In this document: one piece after another, positions 32,964-42,008 of the stretch | How the letters are laid out: each line of letters starts with the position of its first letter | Position numbering within the stretch: the first letter of the stretch is position 1 | NCBI GenBank assembly: GCA_016210585.1 | Contig: JACQTX010000187.1 | Coordinates: forward strand, 1-50,149 | From: Chloroflexota bacterium | GTDB taxonomy: Bacteria; Chloroflexota; Dehalococcoidia; Dehalococcoidales; JAFGLR01 | DNA length: 50,149 nucleotides | Direction: 5' to 3' | The notes under the pieces: model-generated | What the model saw: only the letters and a program-made list of their open reading frames with translations | What the model was told of the DNA's origin: nothing | Database searches by the model: none | Program-made: the position numbers and the translations under genes

Positions 32964-34499
32964 CTATGCCATCGGAAGCTGCTTACCTTCTTGAGACTTG
33001 ATTTTGGGGGCTTTGGCAAAGGTGACGCTTGTCTGCTGCTGTGGCGGCATATCAACCGTCTTGCCGTCCAGCAGGTCTTCGATGGTCAATATCTGGATTT
33101 TGGGGTAGTCCTTATCATAGATTGGTGAATGGTAATAGCCGGCTTCTAACGCTTCCACTTTCATTGGCTCTGTCGGCGGCTCAAGGGTAATGAGCACGCC
33201 GATAGCCTCTTTGCTCGCCACGGTCTTTAGCTCCCGGACGGCGTTTACGCCCACGTGCCCGCTCTTCACCTGGACAATCACCCGGTTGGCCTTGCCACTG
33301 CTCTCGTCAATAAAGCTGATGACACCATCAATGCCCTTATCGGCACCCTTCTTCTTCTCACCTACCGGACGGGCACCACTCAGGCCCAGCGCCCACCACT
33401 GGAACTGCTCGCGGTCCTCTGGAGCGAGTGCTTTCGCCCCGGGTAAGGCCACCGGCTCACCGATGACCTCGAACTTGAGGCCGGGGAAGCTGTCCTTGAG
33501 GCGGTTGCGCATCAGGTTAATGGCCAGGTGGGTAATATCAATGCCTATCCATTTGCGGTTGAGCTTCTGTGCCGCCACGAGGGTTGTGCCACAGCCACAA
33601 AATGGGTCAAGAACGATATCTCCGTCATCGGAGCTAGCTTTGATGATGCGCTCCAACAGGGCAAGGGGCTTTTGTGTGGGGTAGCCAAGACGTTCTGCCG
33701 AAGCTTTATTGATTATAGGTATGACCCACCAATCTTTAGGGGGAACACCTTCTTTTAGATACTGCCTGTAAGTAAGTCCAGGGTATTGTTGTTCATGCTC
33801 AGGGCCAAGTCCATCAGCTCTACGGATGGGCGAACCTGCAACATTTCTGCCTCTTATTTGGTACCAACCTTTTTCATCTAGATATTTGAACTTCCCTTTT
33901 GTCACTTCAGAATACGGCTCTAATACCCTGTCAAAATAAGTTTTGTGCTTATTCCGCTCTTTTGCATAATAGAAGATGACATCGTGCTTCTTGTTCCACG
34001 TTAGCAAAGTCCTTTCTCGTTCTGAGTAACACCAAATGACCTCGTTTAGGAAGTTTCTGGGCCCAAACACCTGGTCTAGTGCCAGCTTCAGGTAGTGGCT
34101 GGCCGTCGGGTCGCAGTGGAGGTAGAGAGAGCCGGTGGGCTTCAGGACGCGGTGCAACTCAATCAGGCGGATGGTCATCATCACCAGGTAGGCCATGACA
34201 TCATTGCCGCCAATGGCGTCATGCAGGGAAGCTATGAGCTTGGCCACCTTCGGCAGCCCTTTGACCACAATTTCCTGGTAGGCCTCGAAGGCGCTCTTAC
34301 TCCAGTGCCAGCTATCACCGAAAGCCTTGATTTGGGCCTCGGACTCCACGCCACCACTCTCCTTGAACAGCACGTTGTAGTCCTTCTTGCTGTTGAAGGG
34401 CGGGTCAAGGTAGATGAGGTCAACGCACGCGTCAGGGAAATACTCGTGGTTGCGCAGAATTGGGAGGTTATCCCCGAAATATAGAACATTGGTCTTCAT
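32964..34499 (-). CDS. Beta-class N6A/N4C DNA methyltransferase fused to a C-terminal Mrr-like (PD-(D/E)xK) nuclease domain
   Basis: Motif IV DPPF at aa 32-35. Motif I DPFCGCGTT at aa 298-306, giving the IV-before-I (beta-class) order. The C-terminal KGIDGVI...RVIVQVK (aa 388-412) resembles the Mrr_cat D...(Q/E)xK core. Confidence 0.75.
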   Translation of the reverse strand: MKTNVLYFGDNLPILRNHEYFPDACVDLIYLDPPFNSKKDYNVLFKESGGVESEAQIKAFGDSWHWSKSAFEAYQEIVVKGLPKVAKLIASLHDAIGGNDVMAYLVMMTIRLIELHRVLKPTGSLYLHCDPTASHYLKLALDQVFGPRNFLNEVIWCYSERERTLLTWNKKHDVIFYYAKERNKHKTYFDRVLEPYSEVTKGKFKYLDEKGWYQIRGRNVAGSPIRRADGLGPEHEQQYPGLTYRQYLKEGVPPKDWWVIPIINKASAERLGYPTQKPLALLERIIKASSDDGDIVLDPFCGCGTTLVAAQKLNRKWIGIDITHLAINLMRNRLKDSFPGLKFEVIGEPVALPGAKALAPEDREQFQWWALGLSGARPVGEKKKGADKGIDGVISFIDESSGKANRVIVQVKSGHVGVNAVRELKTVASKEAIGVLITLEPPTEPMKVEALEAGYYHSPIYDKDYPKIQILTIEDLLDGKTVDMPPQQQTSVTFAKAPKIKSQEGKQLPMA

Positions 34500-34534
34500 G
34501 CTAGTTCAGCCGCTTTCTTCAAATGCTTGACTAG

Positions 34535-34563
34535 ATTATAGGTGAGATAGACCTACGATTCAA
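34535..34563 (-). promoter_or_regulatory. Candidate sigma70 promoter of the methyltransferase gene
   Basis: The minus strand reads TTGAAT (34563-34558), a 17-nt spacer, then TATAAT (34540-34535). This lies about 35 nt upstream of ATG 34499. Confidence 0.5.
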
Positions 34564-34640
34564 CTGCCAAAGTGTTTAGCACACGGGACTGTTACTGCAA
34601 GACCAGTTCTCTGGCGGATACCGCCCGGAAAACGGCCCTG

Positions 34641-34649
34641 TGCTATAAT
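34641..34649 (+). promoter_or_regulatory. Extended -10 element TGcTATAAT, 9 nt upstream of the dnaE start
   Basis: TG at 34641-34642 and TATAAT at 34644-34649. ATG at 34659. No SD lies between them. Confidence 0.4.
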
Positions 34650-34658
34650 GAAAAAGCC

Positions 34659-37600
34659 ATGTTTTGCCACCTGCATACACACACGGAATACAGCCTGCTG
34701 GACGGTATGTGCCGCATTCCGCAGCTTGTCGCTCGTGCCAGGGAGCTGGGCATGGACAGCCTGGCCACCACCGACCACGGCGTCCTCTACGGGGCTGTCC
34801 AGTTCTATCTGGCGGCCAGAGAGGCCGGCATAAAGCCCATTATCGGCTGTGAGGTCTATGTGGCCCAGCGCAGCCGTTTTGACCGCACGGCGACCAAAGA
34901 TACCCATCATCTCATCCTCCTGGCCCGGGACCGCACCGGTTACCAAAATCTTATTCAACTCGTGACCCGCGCCCACCTGGAGAGCTTCTACTACAAGCCA
35001 CGGGTGGACAAGGAGCTTCTCCAACAATACCGCGGAGGGCTTATCGCCCTCTCAAGCTGCCTGGGCGGGGAAATCCCGGCCTTGCTCTTGCAGGGACGCA
35101 TCGCCGAGGCAAGGGAGGCCGCCCTCTGGTACAAACAGACCTTCGGCGATTTCTATCTCGAGGTCATGCGGCACCCCATACCGGAGCTGGAACAGGTGAA
35201 CCGGACGCTTATCCCGCTGGGCCAAGAACTGGGCATTCCTCTAGTGGCCACCAACGATACGCATTACATCCACCAGAATGATGCCAGCACGCATGACCTG
35301 CTGCTGTGCATCGGCACTAACACAACTATTCAGGACGAAAAGCGCATCAAAATGCCCGGGGCTTTCTACTACCTGAAAAGCCCACAGGAGATGGCCGAGC
35401 TATTCCGGGACATACCCGCTGCCTACGCCAATACGGAACGCATCGCGGAGATGTGCAACCTTGAGCTTGACTTCGGGCGGCTCCACCTGCCGGAGATTGG
35501 CCTGCCTCAGCACAAGACGCCTGACGAGTTCCTGGCTGACCTCTGCTATCAGGGCTTACCGCAGTACTATCCCCAGCCTACGGAGGAGATAAAGCAACGT
35601 CTGGCATACGAGTTGGACGTCATCCGGCAGACCCAGTTCGCCAACTACTTCCTCGCTGTGTGGGATATCATTAGCTTCACCAAGAAACACAATATTCTCT
35701 ATGGCGTCCGGGGCAGCGCTGCCGCCAGCATTGTCCTGCACTGCCTGGGCATCACCGAGATTGACCCGATTGCGCACAAGCTGGTCTTCGAGCGCTTCCT
35801 TAACATCGAGCGGCGGGAGATGCCGGATATAGACCTGGACTTTGAGGATGACCGCCGTGACGAGGTCATCGCCTACGTCACCGCGAAATATGGGCCAGAC
35901 CACGTAGCCCAGATTATCACCTTCGGCACGCTCGGCGCCCGGGCGGCGCTCCGGGACGTGGGACGGGCGCTCGGCCTGTCCTACGCCGACGTTGACCGCG
36001 TGGCCAAGCTGGTGCCACCAATGCTCAACATGACCCTGGAAAGGGCTATGGCGGAGAGCAGCGAGCTACGGGATATCTACCGCGAGGATAGCCTTATCCG
36101 CAACCTGGTTGACTCGGCCCGCAAGGTGGAGGGCATTGTCCGTCACGCCAGCACCCATGCCGCCGGCATCGTCATCGCCAGAGAGCCGCTCACCAAATAT
36201 GTCCCACTGCAGCGCACCAGTAAGGGTAACGGGCAGGAAGCCGTCATGACCCAGTTCACCATGGAGGATATTGCCCGCATCGGCCTGCTGAAGATGGACT
36301 TCCTCGGCCTGGCCAACCTGACCATCCTGGACAAGGCGCGGGAGCTTATCAAACAAACCCGTGGTATTGACATTGACCTGCACCACCTGCCGATGAATGA
36401 CAGGAAGACCTTTGAGCTATTGTCAGCGGGCGAGACGACAGGTGTCTTCCAGCTTGAAGGTGCCGGCATGCGCCGCCATATCAAGCAGCTCAAGCCAAAC
36501 GCCTTCGGTGACATCGCCGCCATGGTGGCCCTCTACCGTCCCGGCCCGATGGAGCACATCCCGACCTATATCAAGCGCAAGCACGGCGAGGAAAAGCCTG
36601 ACTACCCGCACCCGGTGCTGTCCAATATCCTGGCTGATACCTACGGGGTGATTGTCTATCAGGAGCAGGTGCTCTTCATCGTGCAGGCCCTGGCGGGCTA
36701 CAGCCTGGGCCAGGCGGACATCTTCCGTAAGGCTATGGGCAAGAAAATCCCGGAGGTCATGCAGAAGGAGAGGCACCGTTTCCTGAGCGGCGCGGCGGAA
36801 AAAGGCTTCTCCGCCGAGGTCGCCAGTGCTGTCTTCGCCCTCATCGAGCCTTTCGCCGGCTACGCCTTCAACAAGGCCCACGCCGTGAGCTATGCCGTCA
36901 TCGCCTACCAGACCGCCTACCTCAAGGCGAACTACCCGGCGGAGTATTTCACCGCCTTTCTCATCACCCATAACGGGGACGCCGCCAAGGTGGCCAGCGC
37001 CGTTACCGAATGCCGCCGCCTGGGCATTGACGTCCTACCACCGGACATCAACCGCAGCCAGGTCAATTTCTCCATTGAAAAAGGCAATGGCGGCACCGCC
37101 ATCCGCTTCGGGCTTTCGGCAATCAAGAATGTAGGCGCCGGTGCCGTCGAGCCTATTGTCGCCGAGCGGCACAAGGGGGGCATCTTCAAGTCGGTAGAAG
37201 ACCTGTGCCGGCGTGCCGACCTGCGCGCCGCCAACAAGCGGGTGCTGGAGAGTCTCGTTAAGGTAGGCGCCCTGGACTCGCTGGGCAACCGGGGCGCCCT
37301 TCTCGCCAATATTGACCGCATCCTCTCCCTGGCCCAGCGGGAGCAGCACCTGCGGGAGACCGGCCAGAGCACCATGTTCGACCTTTTCGGGCAGACCGCT
37401 CCGGTGCCCCTGCCAAGCCTCGAGCTGAAGGATGCGGATGTCCCCCTGCGGGAGAAGCTGGCCTGGGAGCGGGAACTGCTCGGTGTGCGCCTGTCGCTGG
37501 CCACCATCAAGACCAGCCCGGAAACCGCCCTCTGTGGCCAGGTTGACGCCGAGATGAGCGGGCAGGTCATCACGATTGTGGGGGAAGTAGCCTCGGTCCA

Positions 37601-38156
37601 GCAGTTGGTCACCAGGGACAAGCGCCCCTTTGTCAGTGCCGGGCTGGAGGACGTCAGCGGGCAGGTGGAGGTCATGGTCTGGCCCAAGCTCTTTGCCGAG
37701 ACCAGGGAGATGTGGACGGAAGGGAACATATTACAGGTCAGAGGCCAGGTAAGGGTGAAAGACGAGCGCGTCCAGGTGACCTGTAGTGATGTGCGCCCCT
37801 ACCAGCCCGAGACTGTGCCAAAAGCGGAGACGGCCAGTAAGCCGGAAGAGGTGCCAGCTGCGGTTCCTGAAGCTGTGCCGCCACTGCCACCACGTGAGGT
37901 CCGCCGGCTGACCGTGACCATCAATCAAACGGAAGATAATGACAATGACGAAGCTCTGCTAAAAGGACTGCTCAGTGCCTTGAACGATTTCCCTGGGCAG
38001 GACGAGGTAGTCCTGCGTGTCAACAACGGGGAGAAGGTCACCAACCTCAAGTTCCCCAACGTTTTCGTGGGGTGCTCACCGGAGCTGCACGCCCGCCTTG
38101 CCAGTCTGGTAGGTGAAGAAGGGCTGAGGGTGGAGACGTATACTGAGGTGGTGTAA
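34659..38156 (+). CDS. dnaE: DNA polymerase III alpha subunit
   Basis: PHP-domain start MFCHLHTHTEYSLLDG. The polymerase core and an OB-fold C-terminus follow (1,165 aa). The start was trimmed from 34572. Confidence 0.95.
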   Translation: MFCHLHTHTEYSLLDGMCRIPQLVARARELGMDSLATTDHGVLYGAVQFYLAAREAGIKPIIGCEVYVAQRSRFDRTATKDTHHLILLARDRTGYQNLIQLVTRAHLESFYYKPRVDKELLQQYRGGLIALSSCLGGEIPALLLQGRIAEAREAALWYKQTFGDFYLEVMRHPIPELEQVNRTLIPLGQELGIPLVATNDTHYIHQNDASTHDLLLCIGTNTTIQDEKRIKMPGAFYYLKSPQEMAELFRDIPAAYANTERIAEMCNLELDFGRLHLPEIGLPQHKTPDEFLADLCYQGLPQYYPQPTEEIKQRLAYELDVIRQTQFANYFLAVWDIISFTKKHNILYGVRGSAAASIVLHCLGITEIDPIAHKLVFERFLNIERREMPDIDLDFEDDRRDEVIAYVTAKYGPDHVAQIITFGTLGARAALRDVGRALGLSYADVDRVAKLVPPMLNMTLERAMAESSELRDIYREDSLIRNLVDSARKVEGIVRHASTHAAGIVIAREPLTKYVPLQRTSKGNGQEAVMTQFTMEDIARIGLLKMDFLGLANLTILDKARELIKQTRGIDIDLHHLPMNDRKTFELLSAGETTGVFQLEGAGMRRHIKQLKPNAFGDIAAMVALYRPGPMEHIPTYIKRKHGEEKPDYPHPVLSNILADTYGVIVYQEQVLFIVQALAGYSLGQADIFRKAMGKKIPEVMQKERHRFLSGAAEKGFSAEVASAVFALIEPFAGYAFNKAHAVSYAVIAYQTAYLKANYPAEYFTAFLITHNGDAAKVASAVTECRRLGIDVLPPDINRSQVNFSIEKGNGGTAIRFGLSAIKNVGAGAVEPIVAERHKGGIFKSVEDLCRRADLRAANKRVLESLVKVGALDSLGNRGALLANIDRILSLAQREQHLRETGQSTMFDLFGQTAPVPLPSLELKDADVPLREKLAWERELLGVRLSLATIKTSPETALCGQVDAEMSGQVITIVGEVASVQQLVTRDKRPFVSAGLEDVSGQVEVMVWPKLFAETREMWTEGNILQVRGQVRVKDERVQVTCSDVRPYQPETVPKAETASKPEEVPAAVPEAVPPLPPREVRRLTVTINQTEDNDNDEALLKGLLSALNDFPGQDEVVLRVNNGEKVTNLKFPNVFVGCSPELHARLASLVGEEGLRVETYTEVV

Positions 38157-38217
38157 GGATTCAAGTCAAAGCCCAAAGGTCAAAAGTCAAAGCCGGAGAA
38201 GCTGTCAGAAAATAAAA

Positions 38218-38240
38218 GGGAGGAAGCGTTGCTTCCTCCT
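38218..38240. terminator. Bidirectional intrinsic terminator between dnaE and the Zn-peptidase gene
   Basis: Stem GGAGGAAGC (38219-38227) / GCTTCCTCC (38231-38239). Flanked by AAAATAAAA upstream, which gives a U-run for the minus-strand transcript, and by a T-rich stretch downstream. Confidence 0.6.
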
Positions 38241-38330
38241 TCAGTATTCCTTATTTAGTACTGTTGAAAATCGTGAGGGTACATACGCGAAGTCCGACTG
38301 CAAAAGTGCACCTGTTAGCCTGACGAGACC

Positions 38331-39026
38331 TTAGTCTCTCCGCCCCATGCCGGCCACCAGCATGAGGAAGTAGAAAAGCTGGAAGACGGCCTGAAGCAGC
38401 GCGGCTACGTAAGTCAGCGCCGCCGCGGACAGCACGGCACTGGCCCCCTGGTACTCGACAGTAGAGACCATGCCCGTCTTCTGCAGCATCTGGCGGGCGC
38501 GGTTAGAGGCATTGTACTCCACCGGCAGGGTGACCAGGGCGAAAAGCACGGCGGCACTGAAAAGGCCCACCCCCACCCAGGCCAGAGGCTGCCCGAAGGC
38601 CACGTTCAGGCCAACCAGGATAACGCCGATGATGACGAAGATAAAGCCGAGGCGACTGCCCAGGTTGGCCACAGGCACCAGGGCGGCGCGCAGCCGCATA
38701 GGGGCATAGCCCAACTTGTCCTGGACGGCATGCCCGACCTCGTGGGCTACGATTCCCAATGAAGCCACCGAGGCAGTGTTCCCCACCCCACCGGACAGCC
38801 GCAGCACCTTATGCCGCGGGTCATAGTGGTCCGTCAGATGACCCTGCGTCCCCTCTACGCCTACCCGCAAGCCGTTATAGGCAATCAAACGGTTGGCCGC
38901 CTGCACCCCGGTCAGGCCGCCCATACTGCGCACCCGGGAATATTTATTGTAGGCGGATGACACCCTTATCTGGGCGTAAATCATGAAGATAAGCGGCGGC
39001 AGCATGAAAAGCAAGTATAGCAGCAT
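38331..39026 (-). CDS. Membrane zinc metallopeptidase (Zn_peptidase_2 / YugP-like)
   Basis: N-terminal TM segment plus SAYNKYS..., an HEVGHAVQ HExxH motif and two C-terminal TM helices. SD GGAGGTG lies 6 nt upstream. Confidence 0.8.
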   Translation of the reverse strand: MLLYLLFMLPPLIFMIYAQIRVSSAYNKYSRVRSMGGLTGVQAANRLIAYNGLRVGVEGTQGHLTDHYDPRHKVLRLSGGVGNTASVASLGIVAHEVGHAVQDKLGYAPMRLRAALVPVANLGSRLGFIFVIIGVILVGLNVAFGQPLAWVGVGLFSAAVLFALVTLPVEYNASNRARQMLQKTGMVSTVEYQGASAVLSAAALTYVAALLQAVFQLFYFLMLVAGMGRRD

Positions 39027-39100
39027 TCACATCACCTCCACTGCCAAGACTTCTGCATTCATCCTGGCATACTGCATACTACCATATAGTATCCGTAACG

Positions 39101-40051
39101 TCAAGACGGCAGCACGGCACTGAGGATTTGGCGCTGCCCGCGCTGGAACTCGGCGGCAGACATGGCCCGCTTCCCCTCCAACTGCACCTGGGAAATCCCC
39201 ATTACCCCATCACCGGTGGCCACGCCGAAGGCTACTTCAGTGTGGCGCCGCACCGGTGCGACTGCGATAACCGTGCCTGGCTCGGCCCCCTGTTCCCCCG
39301 GCAAGGGCACCACTTCGATAATCTTGAGCTGCTTGCCCTGCCACCGGGTGTAGCAGCCCGGCCAGGGCTGAAAGGCCCGCACCCGCCGCCAGAGCACCAC
39401 CGCCGGAAGGCGCCAGTCAATCTCACCTTCCTCCTTATTGAGTGGCACTGAATACGTGGCCTTGCTGTCATCCTGCGGGCGCGGAGACAGTGCACCTCTC
39501 GTCCAACGCACCAAGACATCAGGCAGCATCCAGGCACCCACCAGTGATAGCTTCGCCGTAAGTGTGCCTGTAGTGTCCTGCCCGGCAACTGGCACCTGCG
39601 CCAGGGCCAGCACTGGCCCGGTATCCATCCCCTTGTCCAGAAGCATGATGCTGACACCGGTGAACTCGTCACCGGCGAGAATCGCCGCGGCCACCGGTGA
39701 GGCACCGCGGTGTTTCGGCAGGAGAGAAGGGTGGATATTGATGCAGCCATAGCGCGGTATGTCCAGCACGGACTGCGGCAGAATCTGGCCAAAGGCCGCC
39801 ACCACGATAACATCGGGCTGCAAAGCCTTTAGCTGGTCCACGGCCTCGGGTGACTTCAGCTTGGCCGGCTGGACAACGGGCAGGCCCGCTGCCAGCGCCG
39901 CTATCTTCACGGGTGACGGCACCGGCGCCAGGCCACGGCCGGACGGTCTATCAGGCTGAGTATAGACGGCGACGACCTCGTATTTGCTGAGCAGCAAGCG
40001 CTCCAGGGGCGGCACAGCAAACTCGGGGGTGCCCATGAAAACAGTCCTCAA
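39101..40051 (-). CDS. fmt: Methionyl-tRNA formyltransferase
   Basis: FMGTPEFAVP...YTQPDRPSGRG...INIHPSLLPKHRG signature. TTG start preceded by GAGGAGG with a 6-nt spacer. Confidence 0.9.
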   Translation of the reverse strand: MRTVFMGTPEFAVPPLERLLLSKYEVVAVYTQPDRPSGRGLAPVPSPVKIAALAAGLPVVQPAKLKSPEAVDQLKALQPDVIVVAAFGQILPQSVLDIPRYGCINIHPSLLPKHRGASPVAAAILAGDEFTGVSIMLLDKGMDTGPVLALAQVPVAGQDTTGTLTAKLSLVGAWMLPDVLVRWTRGALSPRPQDDSKATYSVPLNKEEGEIDWRLPAVVLWRRVRAFQPWPGCYTRWQGKQLKIIEVVPLPGEQGAEPGTVIAVAPVRRHTEVAFGVATGDGVMGISQVQLEGKRAMSAAEFQRGQRQILSAVLPS

Positions 40052-40130
40052 TTATTGCCTCCTCTGCAAATTTTAGCATCAAAAAATTTCACGGACAATA
40101 ACCCGGCCCCCCAAAATTAGCGCTTGGCCA

Positions 40131-40192
40131 CCGTAGGGCAGGTTTCCCAACCTCCCCGCCACTTCAAGTCGGGTTAGGAAACCCGACCTACA
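40131..40192. repeat. Pair of GGTT-tetraloop-AACC hairpin repeats in inverted arrangement
   Basis: 40131-40157 is the reverse complement of a unit like that at 47441-47468 (24 of 27 nt match by hand). 40168-40185 is the hairpin TCGGGTT-agga-AACCCGA, followed by CCTACAG. Confidence 0.7.
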
Positions 40193-40442
40193 GAATGAAT
40201 CGCTGATTTCGGGGCCCCTATCTGTCAGCAAAAAACTGATAAAATTAAAAAGCTCAGCAGACCTTGCAGGCAATGGTAACGGTAAAAAATGCCCAGCAAC
40301 CAGCGCCAGAAACCTTGCCAGCGGCAAAATCAGGTGGTAATCTTGTTGTCGCAGTTTTCGGAACACCCCCGGAAATCAGTCTATCCGGAGGATTTTCCCA
40401 AACCAACAAATTTAGCTGAGGGAGAATTTTTCTTTCAACGCC

Positions 40443-41789
40443 GTGATAGCTCGTGAAATCTGGGGGGCCGCTCTGGGGGAACTACAGCTTCAGGTCAGCA
40501 AGTCTAACTACAAGACCCTGCTTGAGAAGACGACCGGCCTCAGCTTTGAGGGCAACCAGTTCATCGTCGGGGTGCCCAACACCTTTGTCGCCGAATACCT
40601 GGACAAGAACCAGCGTTCCCTCATTGAGAGGACGCTAGCAGGACTGACTCGCCGCCCGGTGCAGGTTGCCTTTCAGGTGGGCACCGTGCCACAACCGGCA
40701 GGTATCGCGGTTGGTAGCCGCCCTGCCACGATGACGGCTGTGGCGGACTGCCCCTTCCTCAACCCGCGCTATACCTTTGATTCCTTCGTTGTAGGCAACA
40801 ACAACCACCTGGCCTATGCCGCCGCTACGGGCGTGGCCCAGAACCCCGGTCGCACCTATAACCCATTGTTCATCTACGGCGGCCCGGGCCTGGGCAAGAC
40901 GCACCTCCTGCACGCCATCGGCCACGTGGCCTTGACCAACTACATGAAGGTGCTCTACGTCAGCGCCGAGCAGTTCACCAACGAGTTCGTCAACGCGATC
41001 CGCGAGCGCCGTGCTGAGGACTTCCGCAGCAAGTACCGCAGCGTTGATCTCCTGCTGATGGATGACGTCCACTTCATCGGTGGCAAGGAGCAGACCGCGG
41101 AAAGCCTGTTCCACACCTTCAACGAGCTGCATAACACCAATCGGCAGATTGCCATCACCAGTGACCGGCCGCCTCAGTCTATCCCGCTACTGGAAGAGCG
41201 CCTGCGCTCCCGCTTTGAGTGGGGCCTGATTGCTGATATCCAGCCGCCTGATTTTGAGACACGCCTGGCCATCCTGCGCAACAAGGCCCAGCAGAAGGAC
41301 CTGCTGGTTGACCCGCAGAACCTTGAGATCATCGCCCAGTATATCAAGCAGAACATTAGAGAGCTGGAGGGTGCCCTCAACCGCGTGGTGGCCTTTGCCC
41401 AGCTACTAAAAGCACCCATCACCCCGGAGCTAACTGCCCGCGCTATTGAGCATATAGCTACCAGAGTGCCCAGGGGGACCCTCACGCCCTCCTTCATCAT
41501 AGAGGCTGTGGCCAGTTGCTTCCAGCTTACACCGGACGACCTCAAGGGCAAAAAGCGGGACAAGGAGACAGCCCTGGCCCGGCAGGTGGCTGTCTTCGTC
41601 ATCAAAGAGGAGATCAACTGCTCACTGGCGCAGATTGGCGAAGAGCTTGGCGGGCGCAATCCGTCCACAGTTACCCATGCTTATCAAAAAATCAGCAATG
41701 CCCTCAGTGATAACCCCTATCTGCGGGACAAAGTCCAGGAAATCCGGCAGAAGGTCCGCCCTTGCCAGCCCGCGAAAGACCGGGCATAA
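40443..41789 (+). CDS. dnaA: Chromosomal replication initiator protein DnaA
   Basis: Domain I start (WGAALGELQ), AAA+ Walker A GGPGLGKTHLLHA and a domain IV helix-turn-helix C-terminus. GTG start. Confidence 0.95.
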   Translation: MIAREIWGAALGELQLQVSKSNYKTLLEKTTGLSFEGNQFIVGVPNTFVAEYLDKNQRSLIERTLAGLTRRPVQVAFQVGTVPQPAGIAVGSRPATMTAVADCPFLNPRYTFDSFVVGNNNHLAYAAATGVAQNPGRTYNPLFIYGGPGLGKTHLLHAIGHVALTNYMKVLYVSAEQFTNEFVNAIRERRAEDFRSKYRSVDLLLMDDVHFIGGKEQTAESLFHTFNELHNTNRQIAITSDRPPQSIPLLEERLRSRFEWGLIADIQPPDFETRLAILRNKAQQKDLLVDPQNLEIIAQYIKQNIRELEGALNRVVAFAQLLKAPITPELTARAIEHIATRVPRGTLTPSFIIEAVASCFQLTPDDLKGKKRDKETALARQVAVFVIKEEINCSLAQIGEELGGRNPSTVTHAYQKISNALSDNPYLRDKVQEIRQKVRPCQPAKDRA

Positions 41790-42008
41790 CTATTGTCAAC
41801 CGCTGACTTACTTAACCTTCACTTTTGATTCTCATTGCAAAAATATTCGATAACTCCGAAAGTCCTTATATTCATTTTCCCCTTTTACCTCGAGCTCCAG
41901 CCCTCTCCCCTCTCTTTCCCGAAGCCAAAAGGCATATTATATTATACTGCTACAACAAACAATGCTAAAATACTAGAGATTACAAGAAGTAGGATTAATT
42001 AGCAAACT

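Noticed and set aside
40079-40366. 95-aa minus-strand ORF in the fmt-dnaA spacer
   Set aside because: It has no SD and spans the hairpin repeat pair, so its 'peptide' is the translated repeat (…RLGNLPYGG…). It lies in a probable regulatory or origin region.
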